Made by a program: the position numbers and the translations under genes. The notes under the pieces are model-generated. The model worked only from the letters and a program-made list of their open reading frames with translations. It did no database searches and was not told where the DNA came from. From contig JAGQYJ010000003.1 of NCBI GenBank assembly GCA_020436145.1, positions 9,681 to 62,002 on the forward strand: DNA of 52,322 bases, given 5' to 3'. The DNA is from Cyclobacteriaceae bacterium. Lineage in GTDB: Bacteria; Bacteroidota; Bacteroidia; Cytophagales; Cyclobacteriaceae. How positions within the stretch are numbered: position 1 is the stretch's first letter; each line of letters opens with the position of its first letter. Shown here one piece after another: positions 1 to 7,617 of the stretch.

Positions 1-567
1 GGCAATCATGGTCCAGTCAGCTTCGCCCTTGTACATCTGCTGGCGCGTACGACCATGGATGGTTAAGGCTTTTATGCCAGCTTCCTGAAGCCGTTTTGCT
101 ACTTCCACAATTTGGATGGTATTGCTGTCCCAGCCCAGGCGGGTTTTTACGGTAACCGGCAACTCCACCTGTTTTACAATTTCAGCAGTCATCTCCTGCA
201 TTTTGGGGAGATCAAGCAAAATACCGGCACCGGCACCTTTGCATGCCACTTTTTTTACAGGGCATCCATAGTTAATATCGATAAGTTCTGGTTGCGCTTC
301 TTCGGCACGCGCTGCAGCAAGCCGCATAGATTCTATCTTGTCTCCAAAAATCTGGATTCCGATGGGCCGCTCATAGTCAAACACATCCAGCTTTTGTACA
401 CTTTTAGCTGCATCACGTATCAATCCCTCGGCAGAAATAAATTCTGTGTACATTAGGTCGGCTCCATTTTCTTTGCATACAGCTCTGAACGGAGGGTCAC
501 TCACATCCTCCATGGGTGCTAAAAGAAGGGGGAACTCACCTATTTTATGCTTGCCAATTGTAACCAT
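1..567 (-). CDS. dusB: tRNA-dihydrouridine synthase (Dus family, DusB-like); N-terminal 189 codons only, C-terminus lies beyond the left edge
   Basis: Absent from the ORF track because no stop lies in the window. My reverse-strand translation from the ATG at 567-565 reads MVTIGKHKIGEFPLLLAPMEDVSDPPFRAVCKENGADLMYTEFISAEGL...IDINYGCPVKKVACKGAGAGILL...VTVKTRLGWD...LTIHGRTRQQMYKGEADW. These are the conserved Dus TIM-barrel blocks. The frame stays open to nt 1, and the + ORF 112-456 is its antisense shadow. Confidence 0.85.
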   Translation of the reverse strand, partial: MVTIGKHKIGEFPLLLAPMEDVSDPPFRAVCKENGADLMYTEFISAEGLIRDAAKSVQKLDVFDYERPIGIQIFGDKIESMRLAAARAEEAQPELIDINYGCPVKKVACKGAGAGILLDLPKMQEMTAEIVKQVELPVTVKTRLGWDSNTIQIVEVAKRLQEAGIKALTIHGRTRQQMYKGEADWTMIA

Positions 568-591
568 TTATACCATTTCAATAGTAGCCTG

Positions 592-599
592 CAAAGTTA
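592..599 (-). promoter_or_regulatory. Bacteroidota-type -7 box (TAACTTTG on minus strand) upstream of dusB
   Basis: Plus strand CAAAGTTA equals TAACTTTG on the minus strand, matching the TAnnTTTG -7 consensus described for Bacteroides/Flavobacterium promoters. It lies 24 nt before the dusB ATG. Confidence 0.4.
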
Positions 600-625
600 T
601 GGCTTTTCCAAAAAAATAATCCGCT

Positions 626-633
626 TATTTTTG
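626..633 (+). promoter_or_regulatory. Bacteroidota-type -7 box (TATTTTTG) upstream of the CPBP protease gene
   Basis: Exact TAnnTTTG match 16 nt before the ATG at 650. Confidence 0.4.
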
Positions 634-649
634 CCCCAAACAATTCAGG

Positions 650-1585
650 ATGTACAATCATTCAACGCAACCTTTTGCTGAACATATAGGACCATGGAAG
701 CTCCTTATTATTACGGTGGTAAGTAGCTTCCTGGGGTTTCAGTTATTGGGTATATTGATTGGGGTATTGGTTGCGTTGCCGTTTTATGACGGAGGGGCCA
801 TGGGTTTGCTTAATGCAATGGCTGACCCGGTAGGGAATCCGGATGTACGAATGCCAATTTTGATTATACAGGGTGTTGGCTCCGCCTTTGGCCTCATCTT
901 TATTCCCTGGTTCATTTACACAAAAATATTTAGCCTTCAGCTAAATTTTGGTCAAACCAGGGCAAGCCTTCAACCTGTTATTTATACAGTGCTGATAGTG
1001 ATTTTTTTTATGGCAGTAAATTCTCCGGTAGTAGAATGGAACCAGAATATACAATTGCCACAAGCTTTCAGTGGATTTGAGCAGGTATTGAAATCCATGG
1101 AAAAGGATTTGGAAGTTCTTACCAAATACATGACATCTTTTGAAACCACAAGTCAGTTTTTATTTGGGGTATTGATTATCGCAGTTATTCCGGCCATTGG
1201 GGAAGAGCTTGTTTTCAGAGGCCTGGTTCAAAACCATTTTTTCAGAATAACGAAAAATATTCATGTAGCCATCTGGTTGGCAGCATTACTTTTTGGTGCA
1301 ATACATATGCAGTTTTATGGCATGTTTGCCCGTATGCTGTTAGGGGTAGTATTTGGGTATCTTTATTACTATTCTGGAAATTTATTTTATTCAATGCTGG
1401 CCCATTTTATCAATAATGGTGTAGCTGTGCTGGCCGTTTATATGTACAACAAGGGGCAGTTGGAATACGACATGGAATCAGCAGAAGCTTTGCCTTGGTA
1501 CCAGGTATTGTTGTCAACGGTTGTTTTTGTATTGTTGTTTCTTACGTTTATTAGGAATTTTAAACCAAAGAAAAGTGGCGCCTAG
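650..1585 (+). CDS. CPBP-family intramembrane metalloprotease (CAAX protease / Abi family)
   Basis: 311-aa polytopic membrane protein with the three CPBP motifs: EELVFRG (EExxxR), FGAIH (FxxxH) and HFINN (HxxxN). Confidence 0.85.
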   Translation: MYNHSTQPFAEHIGPWKLLIITVVSSFLGFQLLGILIGVLVALPFYDGGAMGLLNAMADPVGNPDVRMPILIIQGVGSAFGLIFIPWFIYTKIFSLQLNFGQTRASLQPVIYTVLIVIFFMAVNSPVVEWNQNIQLPQAFSGFEQVLKSMEKDLEVLTKYMTSFETTSQFLFGVLIIAVIPAIGEELVFRGLVQNHFFRITKNIHVAIWLAALLFGAIHMQFYGMFARMLLGVVFGYLYYYSGNLFYSMLAHFINNGVAVLAVYMYNKGQLEYDMESAEALPWYQVLLSTVVFVLLFLTFIRNFKPKKSGA

Positions 1586-1793
1586 CTGGTCGAAAATATA
1601 TGAAACAAAAAAACCCTACAGGGCTGAAATAGTAAAGGATATTTTGGAACAAAGGGGGGTTACTGCAATTGTGCTTAACAAAAAAGATACTGCTTACGAT
1701 ATTTTTGGACAACTTGAGGTTCATGTAAAAGCAGATGAGGTTTTAATAGCTTTGAAAATAATAGAGGATGACATCAGATTCGAAGAGGTTTAA
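1575..1793 (+). CDS. small DUF2007-like protein (putative signal-transducing fold)
   Basis: The track ORF begins at TTG 1521, inside the upstream gene. An in-frame GTG at 1575 gives 72 aa (..WSKIYETKKPYRAEIVKDILEQRGVTAIVLNKKDTAYDIFGQLEVHVKADEVLIALKIIE..), which resembles the small DUF2007 proteins common in Bacteroidota. Start codon uncertain. Confidence 0.55.
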   Translation: MAPSWSKIYETKKPYRAEIVKDILEQRGVTAIVLNKKDTAYDIFGQLEVHVKADEVLIALKIIEDDIRFEEV

Positions 1794-2598
1794 TTCATTA
1801 AATAAACGAGTGCCAACGGCCATTGTGGGAGTCTTGGCTATTATTGGAGGCGTATCCTATGGAATGTGGGGATACTTTGCGGTGTTTTTAATTATTGGTG
1901 GGTTGAGTTTGTGGGAATTCTACAGGCTTGCCATCATGGATGAGATGGCTCCTTTAAAAGTATGGGGGACCATACTGGGAATGGCTCTTTTTACTACCTC
2001 TTTTCTTATTGAAGCTGATATACTCAAACCGGAATATATCCTGCTCGTTTTCCCGCTTTTTGCTTCGGTATTTCTTATCAAGCTTTATAAAAAGGGAGAG
2101 ACAAAACCCTTTACTCATGTGGCTTATACCTATCTGGGTATTATTTACGTATCGCTCCCATTTGCACTTTTAAATGTTATTGTATTTGACATGGGGCACT
2201 ATCGTTACCAGGTTATTTTGGGTATGCTTTTTATCCTTTGGGCAAGCGATACAGGTGCTTTCTTTTCCGGAATTTTGTTTGGCAGAAAGAAGTTATTTGA
2301 GCGAGTTTCTCCAAAGAAAACTTGGGAAGGTAGTATAGGAGGAGCATTGTTAGGCTTTATTATGGCTTATGTTTTCTCCTTGTATTTTGAAGATCTCACT
2401 ATGATTCAGTGGCTGGTAGCTGCTGCTTTAATTGTAATTGCCGGCACCTATGGAGACCTTGTAGAATCACTTTTTAAACGAAGTATTGCCATTAAAGACT
2501 CAGGCACATCTATCCCGGGTCATGGTGGGTTTTTAGACCGTTTTGATGGTTTATTGCTTGCAAGCCCCTTTATGGCTGCATTTATAAAGCTGATTTAG
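1768..2598 (+). CDS. cdsA: phosphatidate cytidylyltransferase (CDP-diglyceride synthase)
   Basis: Polytopic membrane protein containing the CdsA signature SLFKRSIAIKDSGTSIPGHGGFLDRFD (S-x-x-K-R-x4-K-D-x-G-x3-P-G-H-G-G-x-x-D-R-x-D). Confidence 0.9.
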   Translation: MTSDSKRFNSLNKRVPTAIVGVLAIIGGVSYGMWGYFAVFLIIGGLSLWEFYRLAIMDEMAPLKVWGTILGMALFTTSFLIEADILKPEYILLVFPLFASVFLIKLYKKGETKPFTHVAYTYLGIIYVSLPFALLNVIVFDMGHYRYQVILGMLFILWASDTGAFFSGILFGRKKLFERVSPKKTWEGSIGGALLGFIMAYVFSLYFEDLTMIQWLVAAALIVIAGTYGDLVESLFKRSIAIKDSGTSIPGHGGFLDRFDGLLLASPFMAAFIKLI

Positions 2599-2641
2599 AG
2601 GTAGTTATAAAATATTTGCGATTTTTTGAGATTAGATTGCC

Positions 2642-2649
2642 TAACTTTG
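2642..2649 (+). promoter_or_regulatory. Bacteroidota-type -7 box (TAACTTTG) upstream of psd
   Basis: Exact TAnnTTTG match 41 nt before ATG 2691. A near copy (TAAACTTTG) follows about 12 nt later. Confidence 0.35.
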
Positions 2650-2690
2650 CGGTTCCTAAACTTTGCAATTAGAAACGTTATTTACTTAAG

Positions 2691-3359
2691 ATGCTAAAAA
2701 TGAGAATTCATAAAGAGGGAAGAAGACTGCTGAGTATTCTTTTTTTACTCTTGGTGTCATTCAATTTTGTTGTTGCTTATGGAATGAGGCCGACAGAGCA
2801 AATTCTTAATTTGAGTATAATTGCTTCTATCATTTTTTACCTGGCGGTACTTCAGTTTTTCAGGAATCCCCGTATAGCTGTTTCCAATAATGGTAAGCAT
2901 ATCTTAGCTCCGGCCGATGGAAAAGTAGTGGTAATTGAAAAAACACATGAGCATGAATTTTTTGATGACGAACGAATTCAAATTTCTATTTTTATGTCAC
3001 CCACCAACGTGCATGTTAACAGGGCTCCACTTTCCGGAATTGTAAGATACTTTAAATACCACCCTGGTAAATATAGAGTGGCATGGCATCCTAAGTCATC
3101 TACCGACAATGAAAGAACCACTATGGTGCTTACCTCTCATACGGGTATAGATGTACTTGTACGACAAATTGCAGGAGCTATGGCACGCAGAATCAAATGG
3201 TATGTAAACGAAGGCAGCCAAATTGAGCAAGGTCATGAATATGGCTTTATCAAGTTTGGATCACGAGTAGATGTTTTTCTCCCCTTAGATGCAACTGTTT
3301 TGGTGCATCATGGAACTAAGACCAGGGGCGGCAGAACCGTTTTGGCAGAGCTAGCATAA
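2691..3359 (+). CDS. psd: phosphatidylserine decarboxylase family proenzyme (short, archaeal/Bacteroidota type)
   Basis: 222 aa with N-terminal TM segments and a C-terminal ..GFIKFGSRVDVFLP.. block carrying the G-S self-cleavage site. It sits next to cdsA. The start may be the second ATG at 2700 (MRIHKEG..). Confidence 0.8.
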   Translation: MLKMRIHKEGRRLLSILFLLLVSFNFVVAYGMRPTEQILNLSIIASIIFYLAVLQFFRNPRIAVSNNGKHILAPADGKVVVIEKTHEHEFFDDERIQISIFMSPTNVHVNRAPLSGIVRYFKYHPGKYRVAWHPKSSTDNERTTMVLTSHTGIDVLVRQIAGAMARRIKWYVNEGSQIEQGHEYGFIKFGSRVDVFLPLDATVLVHHGTKTRGGRTVLAELA

Positions 3360-3452
3360 AGTTTGTCTCCTTTTTGACAAAATCTCCATATTTGATGGTT
3401 GATGCAAAACGATTGAATCTTCATTACGTTACTTTGACAAAAATTAACAATC

Positions 3453-4055
3453 ATGAAGTATTCCATTGTAATCGTATTACTTTCACTTGTAACTATGGCA
3501 AATGCACAAAATCAAAAATCAACTAAAGAAGTAGCTGTATTTGGTGCTGGATGCTTTTGGTGTGTGGAGGCTGTTTTTCAGGAACTGAAGGGAGTGGAAT
3601 CGGTTGAATCTGGTTATATGGGAGGTAGTGTTGTTAAGCCAACCTACCAGCAGGTATGTACCGGCAATACGGGTCATGCCGAAGTGGCCAGGATAACATA
3701 CGACCCAAGCGTAATCAGTTTTAAGGAGCTGCTTGAGGTATTCTGGAAAACGCATGATCCTACTACACTTAACCGACAAGGAGCAGACGCAGGTACACAA
3801 TACAGATCCGCTGTTTTTTATATGAATGAAGAGCAGAAGGAGCTGGCGGAGAAGTACAAGAAACGATTGAATGAGTCTGGGGCTTTTGATGCACCTATTG
3901 TTACGGAAATTACGAAAGCGGGTCCATTCTATCCAGCCGAAGACTATCATCAAAATTATTATACTCTTAATCCAAACCAGGGATATTGCCGCTATGTGAT
4001 TCAACCAAAAGTTGAGAAATTCAGAAAGGCATTTGCAGACAAACTAAAGGACTAA
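3453..4055 (+). CDS. msrA: peptide-methionine (S)-S-oxide reductase MsrA with signal peptide
   Basis: N-terminal signal (MKYSIVIVLLSLVTMANA), then the MsrA active-site block FGAGCFWCVEAVF and conserved ..GHAEV..Y..HDPT..N.QG.D.G.QYRS... Confidence 0.9.
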   Translation: MKYSIVIVLLSLVTMANAQNQKSTKEVAVFGAGCFWCVEAVFQELKGVESVESGYMGGSVVKPTYQQVCTGNTGHAEVARITYDPSVISFKELLEVFWKTHDPTTLNRQGADAGTQYRSAVFYMNEEQKELAEKYKKRLNESGAFDAPIVTEITKAGPFYPAEDYHQNYYTLNPNQGYCRYVIQPKVEKFRKAFADKLKD

Positions 4056-4738
4056 TCTCCGTTGTCAATTATTTTTTGATAGTCGGGGCGGGGTAATATA
4101 TATGGGATTACATCCGGGTTGTTGCTGTCGAACCACATATTGTACCGGGCTATAATTTGCTGGTAATTAAGAAACTTATATTCTTCTTCTGCATCCCTTA
4201 CCTTTTTGTTTAACTGGGCATAATCAAAAATCATTGAACTCATGTTTCGGGCAAAGTTAATGGCCAGCCTGCCTACAAAATAGGCTTTTAAAGTTATTGT
4301 ATTTGTAACGAGTCGGTTTACAGTATAATAATCCGGCTGATCATAGGGTTTATTGGGTATCAAAACTATGCTTTCTCGAATGGCGCCTTCTCGCACAACC
4401 ATGACCCAGCGGCTGCTGTCTTCTTCAAAGTGCTCAGGAACATATAATTGTTCATTCACATAGAACCCGGCAATTTTGTCTTTCAGATATGCTTTTTCCT
4501 TATTGTTTTTCTTTCTGTAAGTAATTAGGGGCAAGGTAGGGTCCAACAATAAATAAGGTTCCTCATATTTGATAAGGGCCTCTTCCTTTTCACCACTGTT
4601 TAGTACCACGTAGCCGTCAAGTGACTGGCCATACTTATCAGTGCTCACATACCTTTTATATGCTTCTTTGTTGACATTTTGCGCAATAGCGGCTGCACAA
4701 AACAAAGTAAAGAATGTACCTAAAAGTGCTTGTTTCAT
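4052..4738 (-). CDS. hypothetical secreted protein
   Basis: The ORF is open from 4810, but the ATG at 4738 begins a clean signal peptide (MKQALLGTFFTLFCAAAIAQ). I recognise no family. Confidence 0.55.
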   Translation of the reverse strand: MKQALLGTFFTLFCAAAIAQNVNKEAYKRYVSTDKYGQSLDGYVVLNSGEKEEALIKYEEPYLLLDPTLPLITYRKKNNKEKAYLKDKIAGFYVNEQLYVPEHFEEDSSRWVMVVREGAIRESIVLIPNKPYDQPDYYTVNRLVTNTITLKAYFVGRLAINFARNMSSMIFDYAQLNKKVRDAEEEYKFLNYQQIIARYNMWFDSNNPDVIPYILPRPDYQKIIDNGD

Positions 4739-5012
4739 CAGGTTATTGTTTGGCCATAAAACGCAATTACCATACCACATTGCCAAAGACACTTGCCTAT
4801 AGCAGGCCATTGCAAAAGTAAATATAGAAAACTAACAACAAAATAGACATTTTGACTTCTTCAATTGAGAAAGAAGCTTTTAAAAATAACCAGGTTTAGG
4901 AAAGCATTCTGCCATTTAAACCTCAAATGATCCAATCAAAATTTACTTGCAGCTTTCTAATCTCAATTCTTTATACTTGCGGTTGGAAAAATTCAGTGTT
5001 AGTAAAAGTGTT

Positions 5013-6011
5013 ATGGAGGTTGAAAAAGAAATAACAACACAAAATTCGGTTTCCGAACTACAGGATAAAATTAGTAAGGTCTTTAGTGAAATAGGGAAAG
5101 TGGTTGTCGGCCAGGAGCATATGATTAACCGCTTGTTGGTTGGTCTTTTTTCTAATGGACACGTTTTGTTAGAAGGAGTGCCCGGTATAGCAAAAACACT
5201 CACCGTTAGCACCCTTGCTAAGGTGCTTCATCTTGATTTCCAGCGCATTCAGTTTACACCTGATCTCCTTCCAGCGGATTTGGTCGGAACCATGATCTAT
5301 AATCAAAAGGTTGGGAGTTTTGAAGTAAAAAAAGGCCCTGTGTTTGCCAACATTATTTTGGCGGATGAAGTGAACAGGTCACCGGCAAAGGTACAATCGG
5401 CATTGTTGGAATCGATGCAGGAAAAACAAGTTACCATTGGTGAAACTACCTTTCCATTGGATCGGCCATTTCTTGTGCTTGCCACACAAAACCCCGTTGA
5501 CCAGGAGGGGACCTATCCTCTGCCTGAAGCCCAGGTTGACCGTTTTATGCTGAAGGTTCATGTGGATTACCCTTCCAAAGAGGAGGAAATGGAAGTAATG
5601 CGCAGAATGTCGAATCTTTCGTTTGATGCTTCTGTAGATACCATACTTACCAAGGAAGATATTTTTGCCGTTCGCGAGGCGGTCAATAAGGTACATTTGA
5701 ACGAATCTATTGAGAAATATATTATTGAGCTGGTATACGCCACCCGGGAGCCTAAAAATTATGGCCTTGACCATGAAGCTCAGTATATCCAGTTTGGCGC
5801 ATCGCCTCGAGCCACCATTAATATGAACCTGGCGGCCAAAGTAGTTGCCTTTTTCAATAAGCGCGATTATGTGCTTCCTGAAGATGTAAAAGAGGTTGCC
5901 CCTGATGTGTTGAATCACAGGATCATTCTTAACTATGAGGCAGAAGCAGATGGTGTAACTACCCTGGACATCATTGACGCCTTATTAAAGAAGGTTCCTA
6001 TCAACAACTAA
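5013..6011 (+). CDS. MoxR-family AAA+ ATPase
   Basis: Walker A GVPGIAKT, Walker B ILADEVNR, and the typical MoxR blocks LATQNP..QEGTYPLPEAQ.DRF and ..GASPRA... The track start (TTG 4947) is trimmed to the first ATG at 5013. Confidence 0.9.
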   Translation: MEVEKEITTQNSVSELQDKISKVFSEIGKVVVGQEHMINRLLVGLFSNGHVLLEGVPGIAKTLTVSTLAKVLHLDFQRIQFTPDLLPADLVGTMIYNQKVGSFEVKKGPVFANIILADEVNRSPAKVQSALLESMQEKQVTIGETTFPLDRPFLVLATQNPVDQEGTYPLPEAQVDRFMLKVHVDYPSKEEEMEVMRRMSNLSFDASVDTILTKEDIFAVREAVNKVHLNESIEKYIIELVYATREPKNYGLDHEAQYIQFGASPRATINMNLAAKVVAFFNKRDYVLPEDVKEVAPDVLNHRIILNYEAEADGVTTLDIIDALLKKVPINN

Positions 6012-6443
6012 CTTCATATAATATAGGTCGAAACCTTTGGCCCAATAATCTTCTTCAATTTCAATAAGTTCAAAGCCAAAGCGGGCATAAAAGGTATAGG
6101 CAAACTGCGAGGTGCGCACGTCTATCGTTTTTATGGTTTCTATTGCCATTAGTTCTTCAATGCAATGGTTGATAAGTTGTGTGCCATAGCCTTTTCCTTG
6201 AGCCGTAGGGTGAAGGAAGTCCCAAACTAGTCTGCCTTTGGTTCCATTTTCAAGCACATCAAAACCACCGCAACCCAGAATATTACCATCTTCTTCCACA
6301 ACAAAATAATGTTTGGGGTTGGTTTCCAGGAATGCTTCAAATTCTGATTGCTCCGAAGGGTCGAAATAGGCAGGAGTGTTCAACTCAAATAGCCTGACGA
6401 GTTGTTGTGAATCAGTGGCTTTATACGGACGAACCCTACTCAA
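5985..6443 (-). CDS. GNAT-family N-acetyltransferase
   Basis: 152 aa with an acetyl-CoA binding block (..HPTAQGKGYGTQLINH..) and typical GNAT length and beta-alpha pattern. Its 3' end overlaps the MoxR 3' end convergently by 27 nt. Confidence 0.8.
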   Translation of the reverse strand: MSRVRPYKATDSQQLVRLFELNTPAYFDPSEQSEFEAFLETNPKHYFVVEEDGNILGCGGFDVLENGTKGRLVWDFLHPTAQGKGYGTQLINHCIEELMAIETIKTIDVRTSQFAYTFYARFGFELIEIEEDYWAKGFDLYYMKLVVDRNLL

Positions 6444-6532
6444 TGCTATAAAACTTAGTTATTTAAAGTAAAGTTAGAAATTATAAAATTTAGTAGATTG
6501 GAGCAATTGCCCAATAATAGTAAACAACATTT

Positions 6533-7054
6533 ATGGACTCCTCTGAATATCTTGCTTTCGTGCCACTCTTAATATATGGCATTGCCCTTGCTGATCTTTT
6601 TGGTGAGTGGAAACGCCTTTTTGATAAAACCCAATGGTTTTTGCCCTATATTCTTTTAACAGTAGTGTTTACAGAAGTAGCTGTCTATAATGTATTTATA
6701 TATCTCAAGTTGGTAAACCAAATGGCTGATCTGAATTACATAAATTATCTGGTCACGCTTTTGCCTCCATTTTTGTTTATGCTGTTGGTCAACTCCTTTA
6801 CTCCTGACAAGGGCGATATTACCAAAGATTATTTTCTTAAAAACATGCCCATTTTCATGGGCTTATTGGCAGCGTTTATTGCCAGCCACTTCTTGTTCAA
6901 TTTTGAGGAAAATCCGCTTACCATAGTAGGCAGAGTTGCTAGCATTGTTTTTATAATTATTACCGGCTTATCGCGTAAGATATGGATGGTATACCTGGCT
7001 TCTTTCTTTTGGTTGGTTCTTCTACTAACCAGAATAGACCAGATTGTTATTTAG
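6533..7054 (+). CDS. hypothetical polytopic membrane protein
   Basis: 173 aa with 5-6 hydrophobic segments. No recognisable motif. Confidence 0.5.
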   Translation: MDSSEYLAFVPLLIYGIALADLFGEWKRLFDKTQWFLPYILLTVVFTEVAVYNVFIYLKLVNQMADLNYINYLVTLLPPFLFMLLVNSFTPDKGDITKDYFLKNMPIFMGLLAAFIASHFLFNFEENPLTIVGRVASIVFIIITGLSRKIWMVYLASFFWLVLLLTRIDQIVI

Positions 7055-7153
7055 GGATAAAATTCTATTCTGAATGTTATTAACAATGCTGACGCGCGTT
7101 TCGTGTGGTCGCATTAAATCCTGCACGAGTACACATATGTACCTGAGTTGGGT

Positions 7154-7609
7154 TTATTCTTCAAAGTCAAGTATGGATTTAGCTTGAAAGTGAACTGGTG
7201 CTTTTCTGTACAAAAGGGTTTTAGATAGTTTCAATGAGTCAATTTTTTTGACGTTTCTAAAAATAATTATTTTATCCTCATAGCTATTGATTTGTATGGA
7301 ATCTCCAATTTTAAATTTCTCAAACCAACTTATCATAATTCTCATTTGATGTCCTCTAATTCTTAGAAATTCATAATCCTTTTGGGGATTGAAGCTTCCG
7401 TTGATATTTGTTAATTCTATAACTCCACAGTCTTGTTGTAAAGAGTCTTTCTTATCGACTATGCCCCCCATTTCCATTTTCATGTTTTTTACCTCTTTAT
7501 GAATGGCTTGTATATTATGTTTTTCACATGATCTTACATGCAAAACAAGACTAATCATCATGATCACAAATAGGACGTATTGGGGTTCGATTTTCAAATA
7601 TCTCTTCAA
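7154..7609 (-). CDS. hypothetical small membrane-anchored protein (AT-rich orphan)
   Basis: 151-aa ORF starting at TTG 7609, 8 nt after the AsmA stop. The first ATG is at 7561. It has one N-terminal hydrophobic segment and no recognisable domain. It is visibly more AT-rich than its neighbours. Confidence 0.4.
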   Translation of the reverse strand: MKRYLKIEPQYVLFVIMMISLVLHVRSCEKHNIQAIHKEVKNMKMEMGGIVDKKDSLQQDCGVIELTNINGSFNPQKDYEFLRIRGHQMRIMISWFEKFKIGDSIQINSYEDKIIIFRNVKKIDSLKLSKTLLYRKAPVHFQAKSILDFEE

Positions 7610-7617
7610 AAAAACAC

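Noticed and set aside
112-456. 114-aa plus-strand ORF in the track
   Set aside because: It lies entirely antisense to the Dus-family reading frame (1-567, minus), which shows strong conserved motifs. The plus-strand product has no recognisable features.
4739-4810. N-terminal extensions of track ORFs (4810, 4947, 10494, 40114, 41163, 46114, 49620, 51657, 1521)
   Set aside because: The track takes the longest ORF and includes TTG/GTG starts. In each case a downstream ATG (or GTG at 1575) begins a clean signal peptide, lipobox or family-typical N-terminus. The extension would also overlap the neighbouring gene or a promoter element.
7095-7125. GC-rich patch GCTGACGCGCGTTTCGTGTGGTCGC between convergent genes, considered as a terminator
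   Set aside because: The best hairpin needs two G-U pairs and a bulge, works only on the plus strand, and is not followed by a T-run. I do not call it a terminator.
7571-7600. tRNA T-loop-like string GGGGTTCGATTTTC
   Set aside because: The flanks cannot form a T-stem (CCCCA would be required). No acceptor, D or anticodon arms are present, and the string lies inside or at the start of a coding ORF.
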